Source of the DNA: Promethearchaeota archaeon
Lineage (GTDB): Archaea; Asgardarchaeota; Lokiarchaeia; Sigyniarchaeales; SOKP01
DNA: 64,000 bases
Assembly: GCA_048938005.1 (NCBI GenBank)
Contig: JBHLMQ010000012.1
Span: 1-64,000 of the forward strand
Direction of reading: 5' to 3'
Made by a program: the position numbers and the translations under genes. Under the pieces are notes generated by a model. That model saw only the letters and a program-made list of their open reading frames with translations, did not search any database and had not been told where the DNA came from. Below, piece after piece: positions 41,432 through 51,885 of this stretch. Each line of letters starts with the position of its first letter. The stretch's first letter is position 1.

Positions 41432-41461
41432 TCTGATTACCTCTCTTTACTTATTGAAATA

Positions 41462-42904
41462 TTAACGATTTTCTACATCCCATATTTCTTTTCCCCAGTA
41501 ATCTGCAGGAAAGCGGTAGTCATCTCCCTTACTTTCTTCGAGAGAACTTGTAGAAAAGAAAATAATGCGTGTATCTTCTTCTAATGACCTAAATCCATTA
41601 GCATAATTAGGTGGTATAAATAAAACTTGTGGATGTCTATCAGACAAAATATAACGATTAACCTCTTGATTTTTTGAAGGTGATTTAATATCTTCAAGTT
41701 TTACGGCAGCAACAATAGCGGAACCTTTTGAAACATAGATATATTTAGCTTCATTCATGTGTCCATGAAATGCGCGAATAGTTGAGGTTGAAAAATTATG
41801 AACTTGGTAGAAGCGTTTAACACCATAAAAAGTGAAATCATTAGCAAAATTTAAACTGCCTCTATCATCAACAGCAATTCCTCCCTCAATTAATTGTAAT
41901 TCTTTTCTGCCGATAGTCTGTGTTATTTTTACTCTTTCAGCTAATTTTAGATTAGAATATATTCCTTTATGAAAATTCAATATAGTTGGAGATTTAATAA
42001 TTTCTCTTACTGCATCTTCAATATTATACTTAAATTCGAAGCCAGTATTCATTAATTTACTGCTATCTACCATATAGCTTCTCTTATCTACAATATTCTT
42101 ATCTATTTCAATTTCACAACTCGTAATTTCCTTTACAATTTCACCTAATCGTAATAAACTTAGATTTTCACCCCTTACATTGTAAACTCCAAGTAAATTA
42201 TTTTTAATAACATGCACTATAGCTCGAGCTATATCACGAATATGAACAAATGGGCGTTCTTGTTCACCACCAAAAATAGTTATTTTATTAAATTTTACAG
42301 CCCTCGCTGCAAAGGTATTTACAACTAAATCATAACGCATTCTTGGACTTAGTCCATAAGCTGTACCTAACCTTAGAATACAATGATTATCACCACATAT
42401 CTCTCTTATAAGACGTTCTTGAGTATATTTAGTTTGACCATAAAAATCAATAGGAAATCCCTCATCTTCTTCCTTTACAATAACATTTGGTTCACTCCCA
42501 TAAATACTGCATGTGCTAATATGGACAACAAATTTTTTCATCTTCTTACATATATCAGCAATATTTCTCGCACCTATGCAGTTTATATCAATAGCTAAAT
42601 TAGTGTCTATTAAGCAAGCAGGATCGCCAACAATTGCCGCTAGATTTACTACAATATCATAATTCTTAACAATGCTCTCAATTTGATCTTTATTTCGTAC
42701 ATCTGCTTCAATAAATGGATTTGGAGGGTGAAGATCTCGATAAAGATGATTATCTAAAATTTCAACTTCCCATCCCTCTTGTTTCATAATATCGTATAAA
42801 ACACTTCCAATATATCCAAGTCCACCCAAAATCAAAACTTTATTTGGCATAGTTCTTTCTATTTGGTTTTTATTCAAGAGATTTTTCTCTAAATCATATT
42901 TCAC
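41462..42904 (-). CDS. Fusion of NAD-dependent epimerase/reductase (SDR) and C-terminal RmlC/FdtA-like cupin
   Basis: GGLGYIG, STCSIYG, YGQTK; then DDRG, RAFHGH, PPNYANGF cupin motifs. Confidence 0.85.
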   Translation of the reverse strand: MKYDLEKNLLNKNQIERTMPNKVLILGGLGYIGSVLYDIMKQEGWEVEILDNHLYRDLHPPNPFIEADVRNKDQIESIVKNYDIVVNLAAIVGDPACLIDTNLAIDINCIGARNIADICKKMKKFVVHISTCSIYGSEPNVIVKEEDEGFPIDFYGQTKYTQERLIREICGDNHCILRLGTAYGLSPRMRYDLVVNTFAARAVKFNKITIFGGEQERPFVHIRDIARAIVHVIKNNLLGVYNVRGENLSLLRLGEIVKEITSCEIEIDKNIVDKRSYMVDSSKLMNTGFEFKYNIEDAVREIIKSPTILNFHKGIYSNLKLAERVKITQTIGRKELQLIEGGIAVDDRGSLNFANDFTFYGVKRFYQVHNFSTSTIRAFHGHMNEAKYIYVSKGSAIVAAVKLEDIKSPSKNQEVNRYILSDRHPQVLFIPPNYANGFRSLEEDTRIIFFSTSSLEESKGDDYRFPADYWGKEIWDVENR

Positions 42905-43214
42905 TATTTATTACTAATGTAAATTTAACTAATAATAAAAATTAATTTAATTTTCGTCATTTATGAAAGTTTTAGAATTCTCTTATCAAAATATAAAATA
43001 ACTGAAATAGTAAATTCAGAATAATAATTTACTCCCTGATATTACATTTGAATAATTAAGTTTTTAATTAAGAATCTCAGATTTTTTAATCCGAATAGCT
43101 TTTTTTCTCATTTATTATATCAAATTTTATATTTATTGCAAATATTTTTAATATTATACGAAAAATTTTGAGTATTTTTTAAGATTTTAAAATAAATCTA
43201 CTGATAAGAGTTAT

Positions 43215-44432
43215 TTGATGAATATTCTTGTTCTCCAAGAAACAGATTGGCTTACTCGAGGGCCAAATACACAACATCACATTTTCGAGAGAATTTCAAA
43301 AAATCCTAATATTAAAGTTACTGTATTTGATTATGATATTGATAAAACAATGCGTTCTAAATCAATTTTCATAAAAAAGCAGATTTTTACTAATATTCAT
43401 CGGGCAGTGGAACATTCAAACGTACAAATTTTTCGAACAGCTCACATACAAGTTCCTTATCTTAGAAGAATATCTTCTTTAATAACAAATTTTTTTGAAA
43501 TGCTTAACTTAATAAGAAAAAATCACCCTGATGTTATTATAGGATTCTCCTTGACTAATGGAACAATTGGTTTACTTTTATCTAAATTATTTAGAATTCC
43601 TTTTGTATTCTATTATATAGATAAGTTACATACATTAGTACCTATTCAATATGTTAGAAAAATTGCTATGATTCTTTCAAGGTTTTTATTTAAATATTCA
43701 GATAAGGTTATTGTTGTGACAAAGTCTCTTCAAAAATATATTCTAAATGAGGGAATTAAACCAGAAAAGGTTAAAATTCTTTTAAATGGAATCTCTTTAG
43801 AAAATACACTAGTAAATGAGATAAAACTTAAAAAATTGAAAGTAAAATATTCAATAAAAGAAAATAATTTTGTTTTATTTTTTATGGGATATTTATATGA
43901 TTTTGCTGGATTAAAGGAAATTATTGATTATTATAACACAGATGTCAAAAATGGTAAATTAAAATTTAGATTTATAATAATAGGGGATGGTGGAATATTT
44001 AACAATTTAGTCAAATATGTTGAAGAAATTAAGGCAGATTGGGTAGTTCTTACAGGTAGAATTCCATTTTTTGAAATCACTGAATATATTGAATTAGCTG
44101 ACCTATGCCTCATGAGTTTTGCTTTAAATAATGTTACGAGAGAAATAACTCCAGTCAAAATCATGGAATATATGGCAATGAAAAAACCAGTTTTATCTAA
44201 TAGTTTACCAGGGGTTATACGTGAGATCGGAAAAAATAGTGGAGTAATTTTTGCTAAAAATCAAGGTGAGCTTATAAAGAAAATTGAATCATTATCCTAT
44301 AATAAGGAAAGTTTAAAGGAAATTGGACAGAAAGGTTTTAGCTTAATCAAAAAATCTTATGTTTGGCCAAAGATCTTAAAAGATTTTAAAAGAATTTTAT
44401 TGAATGTAATAAAAAATAAACGTAAAGAGTAA
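43215..44432 (+). CDS. GT4 glycosyltransferase
   Basis: NGI, IIGDG, PVKIMEYMAMKKPV. Confidence 0.88.
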   Translation: MMNILVLQETDWLTRGPNTQHHIFERISKNPNIKVTVFDYDIDKTMRSKSIFIKKQIFTNIHRAVEHSNVQIFRTAHIQVPYLRRISSLITNFFEMLNLIRKNHPDVIIGFSLTNGTIGLLLSKLFRIPFVFYYIDKLHTLVPIQYVRKIAMILSRFLFKYSDKVIVVTKSLQKYILNEGIKPEKVKILLNGISLENTLVNEIKLKKLKVKYSIKENNFVLFFMGYLYDFAGLKEIIDYYNTDVKNGKLKFRFIIIGDGGIFNNLVKYVEEIKADWVVLTGRIPFFEITEYIELADLCLMSFALNNVTREITPVKIMEYMAMKKPVLSNSLPGVIREIGKNSGVIFAKNQGELIKKIESLSYNKESLKEIGQKGFSLIKKSYVWPKILKDFKRILLNVIKNKRKE

Positions 44433-44449
44433 TCTGGGTATAAATATTC

Positions 44450-45229
44450 ATGAATAAAAATATAAATTATGAAGATCAAAAAAGAAGAGAATTAGAATGG
44501 TGGGAGCATAGAAAAAAAGGAAAAGTTTCAATTAGTAAATTCTTTAGTTCAAGACTTTTTTATGATCCTTTAAGGAGTGGTTTTAGTTATATTCTTTCTA
44601 AAAAAAGGTTGAAAAATATTGTTCAACAACATTTGAAAAGTGATAAACTTAAGAAAATATTAATAGCTCCCTGTGGTGAAGGAGACGACTATAAATATCT
44701 AAAAGATTTTTCTCATGAAATTTATGGAATTGATCTCTCCTCTATTTGTATTAAAAACTGTCCAGCTAAAATGATTACTAAAACAGGTGATATCTTAAGA
44801 TCTGGTTATTCGGATGAAACTTTTGATCTTATAGCAAGTACTTTATTCTTCCACCACCTAATAAAAATTGGATTTCAACCTTTTTTAAAAGAATTTTATA
44901 GAATTTTGAAACCAGGTGGAAAAATTGTAATTTTAGATTTTTCTGTTTTTTATCCTTTAAATGCAATTACTAGACCTTTAAAAACAATTTTTCGAAATCC
45001 TTTTGGGGAAATAGAAGAGGAGGGCCCTTTTCGTCCAAAATATATGATTAACTCCTTAAGTCAAGTAGGATTTAAAAATCTAGAGTTGTATGGTGGAACT
45101 TTTAGTCATTGTTCTTTTTACGTTCCTTTAGCTAAATTAATTCACTTTATTACAACACCTTTATTAAATAGGTGGCCGTTTAAATTATTTACATGGACAG
45201 TAATTTTTTGGGCGCAAAAGCCAATGTAA
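44450..45229 (+). CDS. Class I SAM-dependent methyltransferase
   Basis: APCGEG, GIDLS, FDLI, FHH, EFYRILKPGG. Confidence 0.82.
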   Translation: MNKNINYEDQKRRELEWWEHRKKGKVSISKFFSSRLFYDPLRSGFSYILSKKRLKNIVQQHLKSDKLKKILIAPCGEGDDYKYLKDFSHEIYGIDLSSICIKNCPAKMITKTGDILRSGYSDETFDLIASTLFFHHLIKIGFQPFLKEFYRILKPGGKIVILDFSVFYPLNAITRPLKTIFRNPFGEIEEEGPFRPKYMINSLSQVGFKNLELYGGTFSHCSFYVPLAKLIHFITTPLLNRWPFKLFTWTVIFWAQKPM

Positions 45230-45326
45230 TTAGGGAATTTTTTAATAATCCTTTTACTGAAAACAACCTGTTTACTTATAATTAATTATATAAATTATGT
45301 AATTTTGCTAAATAATAGAAATAAGT

Positions 45327-46469
45327 ATGAAAAAGAATAGTGCTAAACAAAGAGTAATTTTTTGTACATTTTCGGATTTCGAAGCTGGAAATCAAGGAGA
45401 TTCTGTAAATGATAGAAAGTTATTTAGGGCAATCCCTTCAGCTTATGAGAAAATTGCTCTTTATCCTAAATATAAGGAAGTTAATAAAATAGAAATAAAA
45501 TCTCTGTTCAAATATTTTATAAAATATCTCAATGAAATTGTATCCTCAAATAGGATTTTTATTACTCGAGCACCAAAATTAGCTCTTTTTCCAATTATAT
45601 TGAAAAAACTCTTCAATAATAAAGTCATTATACGAATGGGATGTACACCTGTAGTTTTTATTGAAAGAAGAGCATTTGCACGAAATCCAGAATTTCAATA
45701 TAGTAAAAATTTATTCAAAAGACTTTTCTATTTTCTCGAACCCCATCTAGAGTTGTATGCCATCCGTCACGCTGATAGATTTATTATAGAAAATGAACGG
45801 GCAAAAAATATGGCCATCTTTTATGGTGCTGATCTTGAGAAAATCAAAATTATTCCATATTTTGTTCAAGATTATTTCCTTAAAACTATCACTCTTAATT
45901 TTGAAAAAAAAAAAGACATTTTTAAAATAGGTTATACTGGAAGGTTTAGTCTATATGATTTATTAAATCCCGTCATTGATGCAGTTTATTTACTAAAGGA
46001 ACAAGGATATAAAATTAAATTATTTTTAATAGGTGATGGAATTACAAGAAAAAGTATGGAAAATTATGTAAAAACAAGGGATTTAGAAGAAAACATTATA
46101 TTTTTAGGCTCAAAACCTCATAGAGAAGTTTCAGATTTAATAAATCAATATCATTGTCTCGTTTTGCCAATGTTAAATAATATTTGCCCTTCAGCAGTAG
46201 CAATTAAAATATTAGAAGGTGTGATGAAAGGAAAAATTATTATTACAACTGAGAGTGGTAATAATGTCTCATTATTTTTAGGGAACAACGATTTAATCTT
46301 AAAAGAGTGCACAAGTAATTTAATAGCTGAAAAAATAAAACTAGTTTATGAGAACTATGATAAATATAAAGATATTTCAATAAATATTAGCAAATATCAT
46401 AGGAAAAATCGTTCAAAACAGATTTATAGAGAAAAAATTAAAGCTTTATTAAATGAATTATCTTTTTGA
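45327..46469 (+). CDS. GT4 glycosyltransferase
   Basis: GYTGR, LIGDG, IKILEG..KGK. Confidence 0.8.
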   Translation: MKKNSAKQRVIFCTFSDFEAGNQGDSVNDRKLFRAIPSAYEKIALYPKYKEVNKIEIKSLFKYFIKYLNEIVSSNRIFITRAPKLALFPIILKKLFNNKVIIRMGCTPVVFIERRAFARNPEFQYSKNLFKRLFYFLEPHLELYAIRHADRFIIENERAKNMAIFYGADLEKIKIIPYFVQDYFLKTITLNFEKKKDIFKIGYTGRFSLYDLLNPVIDAVYLLKEQGYKIKLFLIGDGITRKSMENYVKTRDLEENIIFLGSKPHREVSDLINQYHCLVLPMLNNICPSAVAIKILEGVMKGKIIITTESGNNVSLFLGNNDLILKECTSNLIAEKIKLVYENYDKYKDISINISKYHRKNRSKQIYREKIKALLNELSF

Positions 46470-46750
46470 AGATAAAGATCATGAATATCTACTAGAATTA
46501 AATCCTAGCTTCTTAATAATAGATAATCAATTAATTTATCCATCTTAGCACAATTTAGATGGTTCTAATATATTAAAGAATTTGCAGTTATTTATAATAT
46601 AAAATATTAAAACAATTTTTTTGGCAATCTTAAAAAACAACTAAATAAATCTGCAAACTATTTTATTTTTAGGATGTTTTATAAATATTTTTAAGTAGAA
46701 AGTCTATTTTTTATTATAGATAGAAAAAACAAAAATACAACCGTGAAATA

Positions 46751-48424
46751 ATGGATAAACAGAGAATTTTGAAAGAAGCTCAACGTATTGCTAAGGAATT
46801 TTCTTTTTGGATGGTTTCGGGAAATATATCTCATTTATATGGTTATATATATGAAACTCCGGAAAAAAAATATGAATTGGAAATCAAGTTTGATGAAAAT
46901 TTTCCGAATAGTCCCCCTCAAATGATTTATAATAATGAGATTAAAGAATTATTAGGAAATTTTCAGTTAAATAATCTTATTAATTGGACACCTGAGTCTA
47001 GCGTAGTTAATATTATTTATGAGCTTAAAACAAAAATTGAAGATGTTTTGAAATCACTTAAAGAAATAACAGAAAAAAGATTAATTCCAATTGAAGAAGA
47101 ACACACTATTGATAGTACTTCCAAAAGTGAAGAATATATTACACCTGATCTAAATGTTTACCCACCAGATTTTCAATATGATGAATATATTACTACTTCA
47201 GCTTCTCCTGATGATTTATTTTATAGCGAACAGCCATTTATGAGCCCATCAAGTGATTTTGATTCATCTCTTATCGACAAATCTGAAAATGAATCCAAAA
47301 TATCAATTCAAGAAAATATTATAGAGGAGAATAACCAATTAAGTGTTTTAATTAATACTGAATTAGGTTTAATTCAACAAGAATATGCTTATGATCAACT
47401 AGGATCCAAGAGAGCAGATATTAATGTTTATATTACAATAACTCTTACAAAAACATTTATAATTTCAATAAATTTCATGAGTTACCCTAAACGACCAATT
47501 ATAACCTTTCCTGATGAGTTGAACAAAATATTAAGGGATCCTTACAAAACCTTGAGCACTTTGAGAGAATGGAATTCTAAAACACCATTACACATTGTAG
47601 ATATCATCCATGAATTAGAGAAAAAATTATTTTTTATTAGAGAAATAGAACTTCAATCTAAAAAAATTTCAGGCGAATATCAATGTGAAAAAGTTCCTGC
47701 TAGTATCACAGCACTACAAGTTCATTTATTAACTTATGGTTTTAAGAAATATAATATGAGTATTGATCTTGAGTCTTATCCAAATCCCCCTATTCTTGAT
47801 TTATCCTCTGAATTGGAGGAAATTATCCAGATCCCCATTACAGAATTAAACGCCTATAAAAATTGGATAGAAAAAGAATCTGAACCAGTCGAAATTATAA
47901 GAGAAATTTCTTGGTTAGTTGATAAGAATTCGAGAATTAATTTTGAAATTGATTTATTAAAAGACCATTATCAAAATATAAAATATGAACCATCAACAGC
48001 AACTATAAATATAGAAATGAAAGGTAAAATGAAAACTGAAGATTTAACGTTTGAATTTCAAATTAATTTACCTATTGAATATCCAATGAAAATGCCCGAA
48101 GTTAAAGTTATAAACGAATTTGAACTTGAAGCTCATGAGAAAATAAAAAATAACTTACATGCCTCATTTAATGACTTTTTTAATGAATGGACACCATTTA
48201 GTTATCTTGTAGATTTATTTAATTTAATTTCTAAGAAAATTTTTGAAGTATCAGTAGTATCGTGTGTCATCTGCCACAAAATTGAATGTCCAAGTTGTAC
48301 TAAAAAAATTGCAGGTGAAGATAATTGTCATTCAGAATGTCCCCATTGTAATAGAGTATATCATAAACATTGTTGGGAACAAACTATTAAATCATTTGGT
48401 AAATGTGGTTTCTGCTTAAGATAG
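46751..48424 (+). CDS. Putative E3 ligase: four UBC-like (UEV/RWD) domains plus C-terminal C4HC3 RING
   Basis: Four F/YPxxP motifs (FPNSPP, YPKRP, YPNPP, YPMKMP), each followed by W..-helix; CVIC...CPHC...YH..CW...CGFC. Confidence 0.8.
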   Translation: MDKQRILKEAQRIAKEFSFWMVSGNISHLYGYIYETPEKKYELEIKFDENFPNSPPQMIYNNEIKELLGNFQLNNLINWTPESSVVNIIYELKTKIEDVLKSLKEITEKRLIPIEEEHTIDSTSKSEEYITPDLNVYPPDFQYDEYITTSASPDDLFYSEQPFMSPSSDFDSSLIDKSENESKISIQENIIEENNQLSVLINTELGLIQQEYAYDQLGSKRADINVYITITLTKTFIISINFMSYPKRPIITFPDELNKILRDPYKTLSTLREWNSKTPLHIVDIIHELEKKLFFIREIELQSKKISGEYQCEKVPASITALQVHLLTYGFKKYNMSIDLESYPNPPILDLSSELEEIIQIPITELNAYKNWIEKESEPVEIIREISWLVDKNSRINFEIDLLKDHYQNIKYEPSTATINIEMKGKMKTEDLTFEFQINLPIEYPMKMPEVKVINEFELEAHEKIKNNLHASFNDFFNEWTPFSYLVDLFNLISKKIFEVSVVSCVICHKIECPSCTKKIAGEDNCHSECPHCNRVYHKHCWEQTIKSFGKCGFCLR

Positions 48425-48729
48425 ATTTGAACTTCTATATACCTTTCATAAATCAATACTATTAGATATTTTAACTTTAAATAAAAAGTTTTCAACAATT
48501 ACTTTTTTATTTTAACATTGTTCAGCTTTTAAAAACCTTAAAATAATTAAAAATGGATTTTGTTCAAGGCTTTTCTAGCTTGAAATAATGCCCAATTTAA
48601 AGATTGAACCTCAATTTGAATGATTTTATGTTGTTGTTAAATTGAAAATTCACATATATAAGTTTTTAGGTGAATTAATTAAATTTTTTAATCTGAACTT
48701 CTTATTATAAACATTCATAATTTTACGAG

Positions 48730-51700
48730 ATGGTTTTCTTGGAAGTATTGGATAAGAAGTTGAATTTAATAGAATTAGAAGAAAAAGTATTAGAATTCTG
48801 GAAAGATCAAGATATATATTCATTGATAAGAAAAAAGGAAGAAGGAAAAAAAGTTTGGAGATTTATTGATGGCCCACCTTATACTACAGGTTCAATTCAT
48901 ATTGGAACAGCATGGAATAAAGTTTTAAAAGATTATTTAATAAAATATAAACGGATGAGAGGTTTTAAAGTTACGGATACACCGGGTTATGATACTCATG
49001 GATTGCCAATCGAGGTTCAAATGGAAAAGGAATTAGGCATTACAAATAAACAGGAAATTCAAGAATATGGTATAGATAAATTTATTAAGAACTGTAAAGA
49101 ATTTGCACAAAAGAACCTTAAGATAATGAATGAACAGTTTAAAAGATTAGGATGTTACTTCTGGGATTGGGATAACCCCTATATTACTTTTAAAAATAGT
49201 TATCTTGAAGGCATCTGGTGGACTTTAAAGAAAGCCTGGAAAAACGATTTGTTATATCAATTTTATCGACCTTTAAATTGTTGTCCGAGATGTGCAACTG
49301 CTTTAGCTAAGCATGAGCATGAGTATAAAAATATTAAGGATACAAGTCTATTTTTAAAGATAAAGGCTGTGGATATGGAAAATACATATTTTATAATCTG
49401 GACAACAACACCTTGGACATTAGTTGCTAATGAAGCTATTATGGCGAATCCATTTGCTGAATATAGTAAAGTGTATATTGAACAAATTGATGAGTATTGG
49501 ATACTTTCAAAAGCATCAATAACCCATCTTATTTCGGGAGAATTAGGATATAAATATAAGATTGTAAAGGATTATACAGGTGAGGAGCTAGAAGGGATGA
49601 AGTATATTCATCCATTATCAGAAGAAATACCATTTCAAAAGGAATTGGCAAAACAAAGTGATACCGTTCATTCTATTATATTATCTGATGAATATGTTTC
49701 AGCTTCAGAAGGGGTTGGGTTAGTTCATTCTGCTCCAGGACATGGTCCTGAAGATTTTGAGGTAGGAGTTGCCAATAATATTCCTGTGTTTACACCCGTA
49801 AATATAAGAGGTATATATACAAAAGAAGCAGGAAAATTTGAAGGAAAATTTGTATTTGACGCAAATGAAGAGATTTTGGAGTTATTAAAGGAAAAAGGAA
49901 CCTTAATATTAACAAATGAAATAGAACACGAGTATGCTCATTGTTGGCGATGTGATTCAAAATTAGTATATAGAGCAACAAATCAATGGTTTTTTAAAAC
50001 AGAAAGTCTTGTCCCTGAATTACTTAAAAAGAATGAAGAAATTTATTGGGTTCCAGATTGGGCAGGTAATAGATGGTTTAAAAGTTGGTTATCTAGTTTG
50101 AAAGATTGGTGTATATCAAGACAACGTTTTTGGGGTATACCTTTAAGTGTATGGATTTGTGATAATGAAGAATGTAAAGATATCACTGTAATAGGTTCAG
50201 CTAAAGAATTAAAAGAGATCGCTGGAGAATGTCCTGAAGATTTGCATCGTCCATGGATCGATAAAGTCACTTGGAAATGTAAAAAATGTAATCAAGGTAC
50301 AAAAAAGAGAATTCCCGATATTCTAGATGTTTGGTTAGATTCCGGTTCTGTAATATGGGCTGCTCAAGAAATTTATGATGGGAAAAGTCATTTTGACACA
50401 TGGATTCCTGCGGATTTTATACTTGAAGGTAAAGATCAAATAAGAGGATGGTTTAATACTCTTTTATGTAGTGCAATGGTTTCATCTCGACGTAAAAACT
50501 ATGATGCCTGTTATATGCACGGCTGGACTTTAAGAGAAAAATTAAAAATGAGTAAATCAAGAGGAACTCAAATTTATCCTGAAGATCTTATTGATGGAAC
50601 TTTAGAAGAGCTTAAAAAGAATAAAGCTTATTCAAATATAAAAGGAATTGAGACTTTCCGTTTCTATTCGATGGGTGTAACACAACCAGGTCGGGATTTC
50701 AATTTTGTTGCAAAAGAATATGCTGATACTTATAAAATTATTAACACTATCTGGAATGTCTATGTATATGCTAATGAAAAATTTAATTTAGCAGAATTTA
50801 ACCCTTCAAAGGTAAAATGGGATGAAAAATCTCTTAGTAAATTAGACATATGGATACTTTCAAGATTAAATTCTGTAATAAAAAAAATTACTGAATTGGC
50901 AGATAATTATGAATTACCATGGATTACTGGCGAATTAAGAGATTTAATTGTAAATGATATTAGTAGATGGTATATAATGTTAAATCGAGAGAAACTTGAT
51001 ATTTATTCCGAAGATCCTAATAAATTATTAATAATGAAAGTTCTCTATCACATCCTATATGAAGTCCTATTGCTATTAGCACCAGTTAATCCAATGATAA
51101 GCGAAACAATTTTTCTCAAAATGTATAAATCACAATTAAAATCAATTGATTTAGAAGAAACAGAAAGCATTCATTTACAAAAATGGCCTAAATATGATGA
51201 GAGAAAGATTAATTCAGAATTAGAAGAACAAATGCATTTTACGCGAGAATTGATAGAAATTGTTAGAGCTATAAAGGATGAAAATAGAATAAGATTACGA
51301 TGGCCAAACAAAAAGATAATTATAGAGGCAAAAGAGGGTATGCCAAAAATAGAGTTTCCTGAGATAATTAAGAAAATTGGAAATGTAAAAGAATTAGAAA
51401 TAGTCAAATCGGTCAAACCCTCAGATAATTTAATAAAAGCTGAATCTAAATTCTGTAATGTTTATTTAGATATATCGATTGATAATGATCTATTATCTGA
51501 ACGTCTAGTAAATGATTTAATAAGAAATATTCAGTTTATTCGTAAAAAAAATGGATTTAAAGTTGGAGAAAAAATATTCCTAAAGATTGGCACGAAAATA
51601 AAATATCTGAAAGATTTTCTTGAAAGAAATAGAAATACAATTAAAGATAAAATAAATGTTGAAAATCTTGAAATCGCTTCTGTAGATCTTACAGAAGAAA

Positions 51701-51876
51701 AAGATAAAATTTTTGGAAGTTTAAATATATGTCCAAATCGAGATTGTTCTGCCGCATTAAAAGATAATATAATTTCGAGATTAAAGAAAAGATTAGAATT
51801 AAAATGTCCACATTGTAAATCTAATATAAGTGAGAATACAATTAAAACAATTACATTTAGTTTTAAGAAAAAATAG
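48730..51876 (+). CDS. ileS: Isoleucyl-tRNA synthetase
   Basis: DGPPY, HIGT, WTTTPWT, WCISRQR, EGKDQ.RGWF, KMSKS. Confidence 0.97.
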   Translation: MVFLEVLDKKLNLIELEEKVLEFWKDQDIYSLIRKKEEGKKVWRFIDGPPYTTGSIHIGTAWNKVLKDYLIKYKRMRGFKVTDTPGYDTHGLPIEVQMEKELGITNKQEIQEYGIDKFIKNCKEFAQKNLKIMNEQFKRLGCYFWDWDNPYITFKNSYLEGIWWTLKKAWKNDLLYQFYRPLNCCPRCATALAKHEHEYKNIKDTSLFLKIKAVDMENTYFIIWTTTPWTLVANEAIMANPFAEYSKVYIEQIDEYWILSKASITHLISGELGYKYKIVKDYTGEELEGMKYIHPLSEEIPFQKELAKQSDTVHSIILSDEYVSASEGVGLVHSAPGHGPEDFEVGVANNIPVFTPVNIRGIYTKEAGKFEGKFVFDANEEILELLKEKGTLILTNEIEHEYAHCWRCDSKLVYRATNQWFFKTESLVPELLKKNEEIYWVPDWAGNRWFKSWLSSLKDWCISRQRFWGIPLSVWICDNEECKDITVIGSAKELKEIAGECPEDLHRPWIDKVTWKCKKCNQGTKKRIPDILDVWLDSGSVIWAAQEIYDGKSHFDTWIPADFILEGKDQIRGWFNTLLCSAMVSSRRKNYDACYMHGWTLREKLKMSKSRGTQIYPEDLIDGTLEELKKNKAYSNIKGIETFRFYSMGVTQPGRDFNFVAKEYADTYKIINTIWNVYVYANEKFNLAEFNPSKVKWDEKSLSKLDIWILSRLNSVIKKITELADNYELPWITGELRDLIVNDISRWYIMLNREKLDIYSEDPNKLLIMKVLYHILYEVLLLLAPVNPMISETIFLKMYKSQLKSIDLEETESIHLQKWPKYDERKINSELEEQMHFTRELIEIVRAIKDENRIRLRWPNKKIIIEAKEGMPKIEFPEIIKKIGNVKELEIVKSVKPSDNLIKAESKFCNVYLDISIDNDLLSERLVNDLIRNIQFIRKKNGFKVGEKIFLKIGTKIKYLKDFLERNRNTIKDKINVENLEIASVDLTEEKDKIFGSLNICPNRDCSAALKDNIISRLKKRLELKCPHCKSNISENTIKTITFSFKKK

Positions 51877-51885
51877 TATTGTTAT

